From: Felis catus
Taxonomy: Eukaryota
Assembly: GCF_018350175.1 (NCBI RefSeq)
Contig: NC_058368.1
Coordinates: forward strand, 85,500,001 to 85,564,000
DNA length: 64,000 nucleotides
Direction: 5' to 3'
Within the stretch, counting starts at the first letter, position 1. Each line of letters starts with the position of its first letter. Made by a program: the position numbers and the translations under genes. The notes under the pieces were generated by a model. It searched no databases and was not told the origin of the DNA. It worked only from the letters and a program-made list of their open reading frames with translations. Below, in pieces: positions 50,522-64,000 of the stretch.

Positions 50522-53480
50522 GTTTATTGTCAAGTTAGCTAACATAGACTATATATATTGTGCTCTTGGTTTTGGGGGTAGATTCCCATGATTCATTACT
50601 TACATATAGAACCCAGTGCTCATTCCAACAAGTGCCCTCCTCAGTGGCTATCACCCATTTTTCCCATCGCCTACCCCTCCGTCAACCCTCAGTTTGTTAT
50701 CTGTATTTAAGAGTCTCTTATGGTTTGCCTCCCTCCCTCTCTGTTTGACACTATTTTTTCCTTTCTCTTCCCCCATGGTCTTCTGTTAAGTTTCTCAAGT
50801 TCCACATATGAAGGAAAACACATGATATCTGTCTTTCTCTGACTGACTTATTTCACTTAGCCTAATACCCTCCAGTTCCACCCACGTTGCTGCAAATGGC
50901 CAGATTTCATTCTTTCTCATTGCCGAATAATATTCCATTGTATATATAAACCACATTTTCTTTATCCATTTAGCAGTTGGTGGACATTTGTGCTTTTCCC
51001 ATAATTTGGCTATTGTTGAAAACACTTCCATAAACAAAGGGGTACATGTGCTCCTATGAATCACATTCCTGTATTTGTTGACTAAGTTCCTGGTAGTGCA
51101 ATTGCTGGATCCTAAGGTAGTTCTATTTTTTTTTTTTTTTTTTTGAGGAACCTCCACACTGTTTTCCAGAGCGGCTCCAACAGTTTGCATTACCACCAAA
51201 AGTGCAAGAGGGTTCCCATTTCTCTAGATCCTCGCCAGCATCTGTTGTTTCCTGAGTTGTTCATTTTAGCCACTCTGACTGGTGTAAGGTGGTATCTCAG
51301 AATGGCTTTGATTTGTATTTCCCTTATGAATAATGTTGACCATCTTTTCATGTGTCTGTTGGCCATCTGGATGTCTTTTTTGGAAAAGTGTCTATTCATG
51401 TCTTCTGCCCATTTCTTCACTAGGTTATTTGTTTTTTGGGTGTTGAGTTTGGTAACTTCTTTATAGATTTTGGATACTAACCCTTTATCTGATATGTCAT
51501 TTGCAAATATCTTTTCCATTCTATTGGTTGCCTTTTAGTTTTGTTCATTGTTTCCTTTGCAGTGCAGAAGCTTTTTTTATCTTGATGAGGTCCCAATAGT
51601 TCCTTTTTGCTTTAATTCCCTTGCCTTTGGAGATGTGTCAAGCAAGAAATTGCTGTGGCTGAGGACAAAGAGGTTGTTGCCTGTTTTCTCCTCTAGGGTT
51701 TTGATGTTTTCCTGTCTAACATTTAGGTCTTTCATCCATTTTGAGTTTACTTTTGTGTATGGTATAAGAAAGTTGTCCCATTTCATTCTTCTGAATGTTG
51801 CTGTTCAGTTCTCCCAGCACCATTTACTAAAGAGCTTACATTTTTTTCCATTGGATACTCTATCCTGCTTTGTCAAGGATTAGATGACCATACTTTTGGG
51901 GGTCCAGTTCCGAATTCTCTATTCTATTCCATTGGTCTATGTGTCTGTTCTTGTGCCAGTACCATACTATCATGATGATTACAGCTTTGTCGTTTAAGCT
52001 AAAGCCTGGTATTGTGATGCCTCCCACTTTGGTTTTCTTCGTCAACATAATTTCTATTTGAGGTCTTTTCTTTTCTATTCGAGGTCTATTCGAGGTCTTT
52101 TGTGCTCACATCTAAATTTTAGGATTTTTTGTTATAGTTTTGACAAGAATGCTGGTGCAATTTTGATTGGGATTGCATTGAATGTGTAGATTGCTTTGGG
52201 AAGTATTGACATTTTAACAGTATTTGTTCTTCCAATCCATGAGCATGGAATGTATTTCCATTTCTTTGTGTATTCTTCAATTTCCTTAAGAAGTTTTCTA
52301 TAGTTTTCAGCAAAAAGATCTTTTATATTTTAGTTAGGTTTATTCCTAGGTATCTTATGTTTCTTGGTGCAATTGTAAATGGGATTGATTTCTTGATTTC
52401 TCTATCTGTTACTTCATTATTGGCGTATAGAAATGCAACCAATTTCTGTACATTGAATTTGTATCCTGCAACTTTGCTGATTTCATGTATCAATTCTACC
52501 TGCTTTTTGGTGGAGTCTTTTGGGTTTTCCATGTAGAATATCATATCATCTGTGAAAAGTTAAAGTTTGACTTTTTATTTGCCAGTTTGGATGCCTTTCA
52601 TTTCATTTTGTTGTCTGCTTGCTGAGGCTAGGACTTCCAACACTATGTTAAACAACAGTGGTGAGAGTGGATATCCCTGATGTGTTCCTGATCTTAGGGA
52701 AAAATCTCTCAGTTTTTTCCCCACTGAGGATGATATTAGCTGTGGGCTGTTCATATATGGCTTTTCTGATGTTAATGTATGTTCCTTGTATCCCGACTTT
52801 CTTGAGGGTTTTTCCTAAGAAAGGATGCTGCATTTTGTCAAATGCATTTTCTGCATCTATTGAAAGGATCATATGGTTCTTATCCTTTCTTCTATTAATG
52901 TTATGTATCACAGTGATTGATTTGTGAATATTGAGCCAGCCCTACAGTGCAGGAATGAACCTCAGTTGATCATGGTGAATAATTCTTTTTATATGCTGTT
53001 GAATTTGATTTGCTAGTATCCTGTTGAGAATTTTTGCATCCAAGTTCATGAGGTATATTGGCCTGTAATTCTCATTTTTATTGTGGTCCTTGTCTGATTT
53101 GGGAATCAAGGTAGTGCTGGCTTCATAGAATGAGTCTAGAAGTTTTCCTTCCATTTCTATTTTCTGGAACAGCTTGAGAAGGATAGGTATTAACTCTGCT
53201 TTAAATGTCTGGTAGAATTACCCTGGGAAGCCATCTAGCCCAGGACTCTTACAGTTGTTAGGGGATTTTTGATAACCGGTTCAGTTTTTTCATTGGTTAT
53301 GGGTCTGTTCAAATTTTCTGTTTCTTCCCATTTGAGTTTTAGTAGTGTGTGGGTGTCTAGAAATTTGTCCATTTCCTCCAGGTTGTCCAGTTTATTGGAA
53401 TATAATTTTTCATAGTGGTCTCTGATAATTGTTTGTATTTCTGTGGTGTTGGTTTTGATCTGTCCTCTTTCATTCATGTC
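50522..53480 (-). mobile_element. 5'-truncated L1 (~3 kb, 3' half of ORF2 plus 3' UTR)
   Basis: Fragmented ORF2 peptides ([47 protein letters not shown]) and a carnivore 3' UTR. Confidence 0.93.
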
Positions 53481-54419
53481 CTCTTTCATTCTCTTTTTGT
53501 TTATAAATAATATTTCCATCTCTGAATACATTACTGTTTGTTATTCACTGCTTTTTTATGAACATGTGAGCTATCTTCAGTCTGGAAATTTTATGACTAA
53601 AACTGCTATTAACCTTTCTTTTGTGATAAGTGTTTTTATTTTATTTGGTAAATGCCAGACAAATTTTTAGTAAATAGTTTTACAAAATGGTTGTTCAATT
53701 TTGCATTTCCACCAACAAATCACAAGAGTACTATTTGTTCCAAATGACAATTATGGGTAATGTCAACCTTTTTCATTTTACATATTCTAGTATGGGGTAA
53801 CTCAAGAAACTTTCATTTTGCATTTATCTAATGTGTAATGATTCCTAGAAATTTTGTGTTACCCTATTGCTTATGTATGTATCTTCTTTAGTGAACTATA
53901 AATTTTCATCATTAGAAAAACAAATATGTAGATACTTCCAAAGCAAAAATAATTTCATGGATTGCTAGTAAATAGTGTATGACATTTATAGAATTATTTG
54001 GAATTTTGAAACATTATATTTGCATTTCTTGTTATTATTTTATTTTTATTACAATCTTTCTCTCTTCAGTTTTCAAAGACTATTTTAATTAAAATGGATA
54101 TTTATGTAATACAACTCTTTGACTATGCCCATTGGTCTTCAATTGTACATTTATTTGTATATTTATTTTAATTATTCATCATAACATAATATTTCAATTC
54201 CATTGGCGAAATTATATCTTGAAAATCAGATACATTTTTTCTGCAGCAGGTAATTTTTGCCTACTGAAGAATAAGAAATAGGTTACAGAATTTAAGGTTT
54301 TGGTGTGTGTTCACTAAATATTCCTTGTGTTTTAATGTTAAATGATTATATAGCTGCAATGATTTTCAGGAAAGAAATTTGGCACTTTTAAAGAGGTTGT
54401 TGGTTTTTCTATTCAACGC

Positions 54420-54623
54420 ATTTTTTTAATGTTTATTTTTGAGAGAGGGAGACAGAGTATGAGTGAGGAAAGGGCAGAACAAGAGAGGGAGAGAGAATCT
54501 GAAGCGGGTTCCAGGCTCTGAGCTGTCAGCACAGAGCCCGATGCAGGGCTTGAACTCATGAACCATGAGATCATGACCTGAGCCAAAGTTGGACACTTAA
54601 CCAACTGAGCCACACAGGTGCCA
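54420..54623 (-). mobile_element. CanSINE
   Basis: TSD aggttgttggtttt / aggttgttgttttt. Confidence 0.92.
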
Positions 54624-55051
54624 CAATAGGTTGTTGTTTTTTTCAAAGGAAATAATTATAAATATATAGAAATTTATTAATATATCTCTGAATTTGCAAC
54701 TTTGTATTTATGTGCTCTCCAGAGACCTAACAATAAAATACAAAATTAACTTTGAGACAGTAGTTTAACACAACACATTTAAAAGTTTACTTTCTTACTT
54801 TTCCCATTTTTGCTTAATCTGAATCCTATCTTTCACAACACATTTATAGCAATTTCCGAAGTCTTATAGTCTCTTTCTCATTAACCAAAAAAGACAAATA
54901 ATCTAGAAAAGAAAATGTCAAGGAGAATGGAAAGTTCCTGTTTTACAAACTGCTGTGGCACTTTGGAAATGGCACCTATAGACTTTAGAAGAAGGGTTAC
55001 TTGAGGAATTTTTTCCAAACCTGAATGCCATGCTTCAGCATTTCTAATTTG

Positions 55052-55260
55052 TTTTTAAATATATTTATTTATTTTTGAGAGAGACACACACAGAGAACAC
55101 GATAGGGGGAGGGGCAGGAAGGGAGACACATAATCTGAATCAAGCTCCAGGCTCTGAGCTGTCAGCACAGAGCCCAACATGGGGCTCCAACCCACATACA
55201 GTGAAATCATGACCTGAGCCAAAGTCGGATGCTTAACCAACTGAGCCACCCAGGTGCCCC
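55052..55260 (-). mobile_element. CanSINE
   Basis: Ends ...gagccacccaggtgcccc; TSD tcagcatttcta. Confidence 0.92.
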
Positions 55261-57353
55261 TCAGCATTTCTACTTGATCTTTACCCTTTTATTGTAGTTT
55301 AAACCTTGTTTGTGCTCCTCAATATAGTCATACTTTGATACAAAGGTAATTTTGTTATATATTTTATATCTGTAAAAACTTTTAGATTCATACATTAGTT
55401 AATCCTTCATTCAAGTGGAGTAAAAATAGTTGAACATAATGAAATAACTGTATATAACAATAAAAGTAAACATAAAATGTCTTTAATTCATTAATTACTC
55501 TGTGTATTTTGCTTAACATTTCACTTTCATGTTTTCATTTTAATGATTACCATAATCTGAGAGGTACATTCAATATTTGCATTTTTTGAAAAAGGAAGGG
55601 AAGTATATTGGGGCTGAATTCATGGTTCCCTTCACAGAGATCTGAACTCAATTGTTTGATTTTAAATAGCTTCCAGTACAGTTATGCAAGTAGGGGTGGA
55701 CATCCCCTCATACACAACACAGAAATCCATGGAACTTAACTAACCTTTCCCTTCCTAAAGAACAAGATGTTGTCCAATGAAGCCACTTTGTTGGGTTAAA
55801 ATAGATTAACAATTACTGTGGAAAATGGTCTTCACATTTGAATGTGAGTTCTCACACCAGAATTTCAGGACTTAAACCCTTGGTTATAATTGGGGCATGT
55901 TGTCTAATCTCTGTGAGACCATACAGATCTCCAATTATAAACAATTAATAACTGTAAGATGCTAATCAATACTAGATGCTTAAATAGGGTCCACCATTCA
56001 TAAATGCTCATTATTGTATACTTGACATAATAATTAGGTGTAAGACCAATAAATTAACTGATTTTTTTTTGTTATGTTTACTTTTATATTTAGTTATTTG
56101 TTACCCATTTAGTTGACTTATGAATCCACCAAGAATAAAAATAATCATCATTACTTAGATGAAACAGATCTTTTTATGTATGTCTCTGTAGTAGGCTGCC
56201 TGAATGATAAGTAGGTTCATTCATTGACTTCGCAAACATGCAGGAGACTCTCAACGCTGCAACAAGTGAGGTCAGCCTAGTGGCCTTCCCTAGAATTTTT
56301 ATCAAATGTAAGAGACAGACCAAACACAGTTCCTTTAGCAGACAGTATGCTCTCAGGCCCTGAAGAATAGGAATAAAATATGCTAAGAAGAGAGGGTGTA
56401 ATGGGGAAGGGTTTAGAAAGGTGGGATTTTTTTAATTAACAAATGCTTGATCTCACTTTGTTTAATCAGTCTGAATCAGACTATTTCCCTTCTGTCTCTG
56501 ACACCAGGATTCTTCTGCTGTTCCCTGAGGAATGCCTGTCTATCTCTGTGACCCCACCCCACTCCACACAAAGAATTTCCTCATGTACCCTTCACTTCCT
56601 CTCCCAGCTGTCTCCTAGAGACCTATGTCACCTATCAAAGGGTGGTTATTTTCTCTTCCAGAAGCTACATGACACAGGACGTCAAGGTGGTAGGTGTCCT
56701 TCCTGTGTCTCCTTGGTCCTCTCAAACCATTTATCCAACTTCCCCCAAAGTACCTATATTTCAGGTACTTTGATGCAAATTCCCAGATTGAGGCATCACC
56801 CCATGCCTCTCACTATAGAAGAAGTGACATTGAAGCAGACACATGAATGCTGTGAGAAATGGTTAGACACCAAAGAGGTGGGACTTGTTGGAAGCCTCTG
56901 GGGAACCAGTGAGCCCAGTGTGTTAGATGTGAAAGAACTCATCAACAGTGTTCTGTCCTGGGTGGTGTGAAATTGGTAATGTTTAATGAGGTGAGAGAAG
57001 AGGACCCTGGGGTAAAATTAGGAACCAGGTAAGAAAAGGATGAGTAAATCATTCAGGGTACATAGAGCAAACATAAACTCGGACAGTGAAACTGTGGCTC
57101 AAATAAGATGAACTGTCAGAGCTGGCCAGTTCTAAGCAATAAAGAGAAGCAAGGAAGAATAAACTAAAGAGAAAAAATACCCACAAAAGGATATTTTTAC
57201 ATGAAACCTTAGATACTGGAAGACTGCAAAGACCTTAGAAATGGAGGGGAAGACTGTAGATGTGGAAGAAAGAATATGGGTGTGACAAAGCTGCAAGAAG
57301 GCAAGGATATATAAGTATCAATGCTGTAGTTTCAGTGGAAATGGGAGCTCGAG

Positions 57354-57506
57354 ATAGGGAGATTTGTGTTTTCCTTTGTTTGATTATTTGGTTGCCTGTT
57401 TCACAATTTATAGGGAGATTTGTGTTTTCCTTTGTTTGATTATTTGGTTGCCTGTTTCACAATTTATAGGGAGATTTGTGTTTTCCTTTGTTTGATTATT
57501 TGGTTG
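57354..57506. repeat. Perfect 56-bp tandem repeat, 2.7 copies
   Basis: Unit atagggagatttgtgttttcctttgtttgattatttggttgcctgtttcacaattt starts at 57354, 57410 and 57466. Confidence 0.97.
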
Positions 57507-60139
57507 GTTGTTTCATATTTTTTTTAGTGCACCCGGGATCAAATCTGTATGCATTGTAACCCAGCAACTTATATGCAATGCTCAAAACTGTGTTGCAAAA
57601 AGAATAAACTGGACTAAACAAAAAATGTATTTATGGGGAAGGAGAAATTGGAATCAGACGTTTATGTCAATTATCTTCACAATATCATAATCATTTGAGT
57701 TTCTATGTCATAAAAGCATGTACTATACATTTTGAATAAACATACTGGAATTATCCTAGATCCCTTACCCCCAAAATGTATGACCCAATAGGAATGTTAA
57801 AGATAACAAGAAAGAATCACAGGGAAACCTCTTGCCTTTTCCCTTCCCAAATTATTTTTTTTAATAATTTGGTGAGTTACTTTTCATTAATATTCACACA
57901 TTATCATTATGAATAATAAGCTGCCTGTGGGCTCACAAGTTTCTGCTCCTGAACTCCTGTATTTTATTTCCTGTACAACACATCCAGAATGAATGCAGGA
58001 GTACACATTATTACATGTATATGAAATTCATGGGATAAAGGAATGAGTGTGTGCTTCTGATCCCAACACTCTTTCACTGTCATTGTCCAAAGTGTACTTT
58101 ATCAGGCACACTCTACTGACTTCAAGAAGAGTTGTGAAGCATGTGGTCACATGTGGATGGTACTGAAGTAGTACAGATTTAGACATTTCATTTAAAAAGG
58201 ATAGAATTGATATTTTAGAGTCACCATGACCACACATGGTATGTAGCACTGTGAGAAGGAATAACCCAGGGGAATCATTTACACAAGTAGAACAGGTGGG
58301 AGATGATAATTTTCATAAGGAAGAGTGCAGAGATAAAGACAATTTGGGATAACTTTTTTCAGATTTCTGGCTTGGGCTATTGTAAATGGTGGTACCAATG
58401 GTGGTACATGTTTCATCGAACTTTGGCAGTTCGTGTTGGGCATGATGAATCTGATGTCGATGTGAGAATATCCTCACAGGACTCCCTTAAATGGGTTATG
58501 AAAGCAAAATGGAATAGATGTAAAATCACCTTGCAATGATTCTTTGGCGTATGTTTTTGTGTCCTGAAAAGTCAAGAGGAAAAAAAAGTTAATTATAATG
58601 TCAAATGGCTAGTATAAAATAAATTTGTGAACAGCTCAGCTGACTGATTTCATAATAAGGAACATTGCTTTGCTCCCCCACGCACATCTGTATGTGTGTA
58701 TATGGGTGGGAAGCAAACCACATACTATTGTTCAACATAACGCATTTCTGTTTCTCCCAGAGAGCCTCAAACCAATTTCACCAGGTACTGGTGCACAATA
58801 TAGTTCTGATTCACCACATCGAATTTTATTTCTTTACTCAGTTATATTCCTTCATATGCTGAATATCACACTCTCTTTTTCTAGTATATGATAGCTTAAA
58901 TGCTTATTTAAAATATCAAGAAATAATAACAATAGTAATAATAAAGAAATGATAGAAATGGTAATATAGTAATTTTAGAAAAAATAATGAAACAACAGTA
59001 ATAAGCATTGATTTCTGTGTAACTACTATATACTAAGGTCTGTTCTGTGTGTGTGTACATGTTATTTTATGTGATGTCAAATTTAATCTTCAGAACAACC
59101 CTGTGAAGCATGTACCATTATCATCCATTTTGATAAAAATTAAAATCAGATACAATTTTATGTGTGATTGATGTGTTGTATTATAATAAGACATGATGTG
59201 ACATATTTTAAAAATACTGTATTCACATTAAATTTTCTTGTTTATCTCTTTAAATCATGGAGATTTTAGATTTATATTGATACTTTCTTAATATAATTAT
59301 TTGGGTCAGTAACATACATATTCCTAGGCAAAATCATGTCTATCATACATTTATGGCATATATTTTCCATGTCAAGTCCTTTAAATAAGCAATGATTTTA
59401 TTCCATCCATATTTAGGAATATCATTGTCAGACTTTTTCATCTTCAATAAAATATTCTGTTACAGTTGTGTGAATAATCAGTAACAACCACTGAATTGGA
59501 ACCAGTTGCACAGCAACCATGTAAGTCTGATAACTGAAGTTTTATGATAGAACTTATAATTGCTAGATCAATTGGGTCATTGAGATTGTAAGGTTTTGTG
59601 TTTTTTTAGATTACATCAAAAAATAAAAGCAGTGTGGTCATTTAGTATAAAGTATAAGTGTGTATATTAGACTTACTATTACCCAGGGTTTCTATATCAA
59701 ACACTTTTCAAAAGAAATATTTTTTAGAAGAAATGACTGGTTGCTTTTGTCTTTTGTCTTACAGTCAAAACTTTAAAGATGCAGTGTCAGAGTATATATA
59801 TCATTGAATAAATGTGTAGCCTTATTGATATTATTGATTTCTTTCTTTAAATGTAAATTCCTTTAAATTTAAAGAAATATTTGAAATGATTTATTTATAT
59901 ACTGATAGATATGTCAGAGAAATGAAAAAATATTTTTGAATCCTGTTAAGTCAAAATTAATGGATTCACGATGCATTTGAAAATCTTGATAATTGTAAAA
60001 TAGTAGAAATAATTTAAGTGTAGTGAACTCACTGGGTAAACAGTATGGAGGCCTTTCACATACCTGGGAAGAAAGATTGGAATACAACAGTGTTTATAGT
60101 TAAACAAAAATGGCATCTAATGATACTAGGATTTTCTAT

Positions 60140-60355
60140 ATTTTTAATTTCTTAAAAATGTTTATTTTTGAGACAGAAAGAGACAGAACATGAGCAGGGG
60201 AGGGGCAAAGAGAGAGGGAGATGCAGAATCCAAAGCAGGTTCCAGGCTCTGAGGTGTCAGCACAGAGCCCGATGTGGGGCTTAAACCCATGAACTGCGAG
60301 ATCATGACCTGAGCTGAAGTTGGCCACTTAACTGACTGAACCACCCAGGTGCCTC
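60140..60355 (-). mobile_element. CanSINE
   Basis: Typical reverse-strand body ending ...ccacccaggtgcctc. Confidence 0.92.
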
Positions 60356-62357
60356 AATAGTAGCATTTTAGTCTCCAAACTTTTAGAATATAGGAAGATA
60401 TAACTGCATGTTACATTTCTTCATTACATTTAGCATTATTATACAAAAAAAATAAAACATTTAATGGCAGGTGGGGAGAAAGAGACTGTAACTTTTATTA
60501 GAATTACATATGTTTGGAAGAATTTACTCTGTATGTAACATGTGTTTTCTCCATTTTTTATCTTCGTGTTAGGAAGCTCACCACTAGAGCATAGCATTTT
60601 GGATCCAAGGATAGATTTCACTCGACATTCTGAATGGCATAGAAGATATCATTTTATCTACTATTCTAACTTTATGGAGGATAGTCCAAATTCCTGATTG
60701 ACTGGTAAGACAAAGAGTCCTAAAAAAATGGTTGTAGAAACTTCATATTCCCCATGGAAGTGGAAAGAAGAAAGTAAAAGTAAGATGAAGCGGTTAGGGA
60801 ATTTATCATGGAGTGTTTCAAATATCGGAAGACAAAATACAGACATTCTTGTGGAGGCAGCACAAACTCTTTAAAAATGTAAATATAATAGATGCATTGT
60901 TGAAAACTTTTGATTTCAAATCCATGGTCAAAAATTCCTTTAATAAGCATTTACTGAGAACCTACAATAGGCCAGGCACTGCTTCATAATGGGAATTTTG
61001 TAGAAAATAGACATTACCCATACTTCCTAACACTAAAATTCAGTATGGATTTTTGAATGGGAATGAGTTGAACAAAGTAAATCATCAATGGAAAAAGGAA
61101 AAACAGAAGGATAAAATAGGTTTTGGGAGTGGGAAAAACTCAACAGCTTTGGATAAGGATATATTGAATTTGAGTTGTCAGAAAGATTCATAGATTTTAG
61201 AGACTTACTTATGTTCCACCAGTTCATGGAAATCATCGCTGTCCTTAAATCTGAATCTATGTCTATATAAAATTTTCTTGAGCTGTAGGTCAAACCAGTC
61301 AAAACTGCGTGAACTACTTAAACATTCATATGTCTGCAAACTTCACTCAAATGCTAATATTTTAATATTTAAAAATTATAGCAACACAGTGTTCACAATC
61401 CAAGACATTGAAATAGAATTAAGAGGCTTATTTCCTAATGAAGAATCTCAATATTCACTGTAGTAAAATAAAAGAGAAAAATACAAATTATTCCTATTTC
61501 ATCAGGGACACATTTGTACGCTTGCATCCCCAAAGTAAAAGCCAAAACTCCTTTCATTCAAACTTATGAATAGTTTTTAAAGATGGCAAATAACTTGTTT
61601 TATATTTGTTATTTATTTTTCATGATCTGCATCTGTATTTTCCAAAATTGTAAAATTGTGTGTGTATATGTGTGTATGTATGTGGGCATATTATTTATTT
61701 ATTTTTATTTATTTATTTATGCGTGTATGTAGGTCATACATACAGTTTCTGCTCATAATAGTAAAGGGACCAGTTAGATAGCCAGTATCCACATATAAAC
61801 AATATAATTATTTAGAAGACAATATGATTCCCTATATAAACAATTAATGAAATATAATTCAATTTCTGGAATTGAAAAAACTAGTTAAAATAAAATATAC
61901 TTATTTAATTGAATAAAACTTTCATGTACTTACATGTAAATACTGATATTTCAAATTGAAAACATAGATTAAACTAGTTTTTGTAGCATTTCATTACTTA
62001 TTACTTTAGAAAAATTTAGAAATAACACATTTCATTTTCTTTAAGTTTTATCCAGATAAAAATGAGACAGAAAATTGAGTTCCATATTATATTCATTTAC
62101 TCATGTATTGAAAATATATTATTCAGCATCTACAACCTACCAAGCATTGTGTTAGCCATTCATCTAATACAGAGTTCTAATGAAAGTTTCCAATTGGGAA
62201 ATTCAAGTTCTGGTGGGTTAGAATTGCAATAAACAGGAATGTATTTCATAAGTTTATTTAATATATAGAAGATGAAATTTGATTTGCAAAATACATCAAA
62301 GAGAGCAGAGGAGAAATATGGTAGTTAGGGTTTTATTTTAAATTTTAAATTATGGAT

Positions 62358-62590
62358 GGGGCGCCTGGGTGGCTCAGTCGGTTAGGTGTCCGACTTTGCC
62401 TCAGGTCATGATCTCACAGTTTGTGAGTTCAAGCCCCTTGTCAGGCTCTGTGCTGACAGCTCAGAGCCTGAAGCCTGCTTTGGATTCTGTGTCTCCCTCT
62501 CTCTCTGTCTCTCCCCTGCTCATGCTCTGTATCTCTCTCTCTCTCTCTCTCAAAAATAAATAAACATTACATTAAAATAATTTAAAAAAA
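62358..62590 (+). mobile_element. CanSINE
   Basis: ggggcgcctgggtggctcagtcggttagg...; TSD taaattatgga. Confidence 0.93.
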
Positions 62591-62591
62591 T

Positions 62592-63070
62592 AAATTATGG
62601 AAAGAGTCCAAATTTCCATTGGCTGAAGAATAAAGAAGATGTGGCATATAAGTATAATGGAATATCATTCAGTCTTCAAAAAATGAAATCTTGCCATTTG
62701 CCAGGATGTGCTTGGAGCTAGAGTGTATTATGCTAAGCAAGATAAGTAAGTCAGAGAAACACAAGTACTATATGATTTCACCAATGTGTGGGATTTAAGA
62801 AACAAAACAATGAACATAGGGGAAGGAGAAAAAAAAGAGAGAGGGAGGCAAACCATAAAATACTCCTAAATATAGAGAACAGACTGAGGGTTGCTGGAGG
62901 GGAGGTGAATAGAGAGTGGGCTAAATGGGTGATTGGCAATAAGAGAGCACTTGTTATCATGAGCACTGGGTGTTATATGTAAGTGCTGAATCGCTAATTT
63001 CTACTCCTGAAACCAGTATTACATTATATGTTAAATAACTATAATTTAAATAAAAATTTGAAACACAATT
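62592..63070 (+). mobile_element. 5'-truncated L1 3' end
   Basis: aaattatggaaagagtccaaatttccattg...gaaatcttgccatttg...ctactcctgaaaccagtattacattatatgttaa. Confidence 0.88.
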
Positions 63071-63090
63071 AAGAAGGAAAGAGAAAGAAA

Positions 63091-63177
<87 letters not shown>
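63071..63177. repeat. (GAAA)n tetranucleotide microsatellite derived from an L1 A-tail
   Basis: Directly visible, about 105 bp. Confidence 0.95.
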
Positions 63178-63511
63178 GGAAAACAGTGTTTACAGTTAGG
63201 TCTCCTGGAAAAGGTGACACTTGACAAAGATTGAACCAAAATAAAGAATATGGAATTGAGACTATGAGACTACATGGAGTAAATAGCTCACTCAATGTAC
63301 TCAATATCATAAGTTGATTCAAACAAATAAATGACCATGTTGTGAAACAAGCCCACTTCAAAAACTGGTTGACATTCCATTAACTTTAATTGCAAAATAT
63401 GCATCACTAACTCTCATTTTATTGTGCACCTAAATGTAAATGAGTTTAATATTTACACTACTCTATTTTAGCTCTATTTTATTTTCTACTTTAGGAAAAA
63501 AAGAGACGTTC

Positions 63512-64000
63512 ATGATGGGACATGAAAATCACACTTTCACCAGTGATTTTATTCTTTTGGGACTCTTCTCTTCTTCTCAATCAAGTCTAGTTTTCTTTTC
63601 CTTTATATTCATCATTTTTATTATGACTGTAACAGAAAACACAGTCATAATCCTCCTTATCCTCAGGGACTCAAGACTCCACACTCCGATGTATTTCCTG
63701 CTGAGCCATCTCTCTTTTATGGACATCTTGCATATTTCCAACATTGTTCCCAAAATGGTCACTGACTTTCTGTCAGGCAGCAGAACTATTTCATTTGTAG
63801 GTTGTGGCTTCCAGGTATTTCTATCCCTCACTCTCCTGGGTGGCGAGTGCCTTCTCCTGGCAGCAATGTCTTATGATCGCTATGTAGCCATCTGTCATCC
63901 ATTGCACTATCCCATTCTTATGAATGACTATGTCTGCATTGTCATGGCTAGAGGGTCCTGGCTTATTGGGACTGTCAACTCCATAGTCCACACAGCTTAT
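63512..64000 (+). CDS. OR2AJ1: Olfactory receptor 2AJ1 orthologue, 5' part (runs off the window end)
   Basis: Open for 163 codons: [163 protein letters not shown]. This closely matches recalled human OR2AJ1 (MGHQNHTFSSDFILLGLFSSS...VTEN...GFQVFLSLTLLGGEC). Acceptor ttttctactttag at 63493-63494. Intactness beyond 64000 is unknown. Confidence 0.88.
   Translation, partial: MMGHENHTFTSDFILLGLFSSSQSSLVFFSFIFIIFIMTVTENTVIILLILRDSRLHTPMYFLLSHLSFMDILHISNIVPKMVTDFLSGSRTISFVGCGFQVFLSLTLLGGECLLLAAMSYDRYVAICHPLHYPILMNDYVCIVMARGSWLIGTVNSIVHTAY

Noticed and set aside
56443..56970. 175-aa plus-strand ORF
   Set aside because: No OR or other recognisable motif and no supporting gene structure; consistent with a chance ORF in a locally GC-richer stretch.
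57354..57506. Regular direct repeats as a possible CRISPR-like array
   Set aside because: Units are head-to-tail with no unique spacers, there are no cas genes, and the context is mammalian.
8901..62590. A/B-box tRNA-like sequences as tRNA genes
   Set aside because: All are heads of tRNA-derived CanSINEs with A-rich (usually CT-rich) tails and mostly visible TSDs.

Overview
This is AT-rich mammalian genomic DNA from a felid (cat family), judged by the Felidae-type CanSINEs and cat-type L1 3' UTR. It lies inside a class II (OR2 family) olfactory receptor cluster with three OR loci. (1) A minus-strand OR2 pseudogene at 3717-4792 has four in-frame stops, a SINE inserted in TM6 and a (TG)18 tract replacing part of ECL2. 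(2) An intact 317-aa OR2T8/OR2T12/OR2T33-like gene lies at 48632-49585. (3) An OR2AJ1 orthologue starts at 63512, is open to the window edge and is absent from the ORF track. The OR2T8-like to OR2AJ1 order and strand match my recollection of the human 1q44 OR cluster. About half the window is retroelement. This includes a ~19 kb nested L1 stack at 19.2-38.6 kb, an internally deleted L1, several truncated L1s, about 20 SINEs and a MaLR LTR. Other structure includes an old ~1.1 kb non-coding paralogous block (8.8-10.2 kb vs 16.3-17.4 kb), a perfect 56-bp tandem repeat, and candidate OR promoters and 5' UTR exons. I found no evidence of a genuinely new biological system, and no CRISPR, rRNA or bona fide tRNA genes. 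Gene and repeat names come from recalled sequences, not a database search, and repeat boundaries are approximate (about 10-30 bp).
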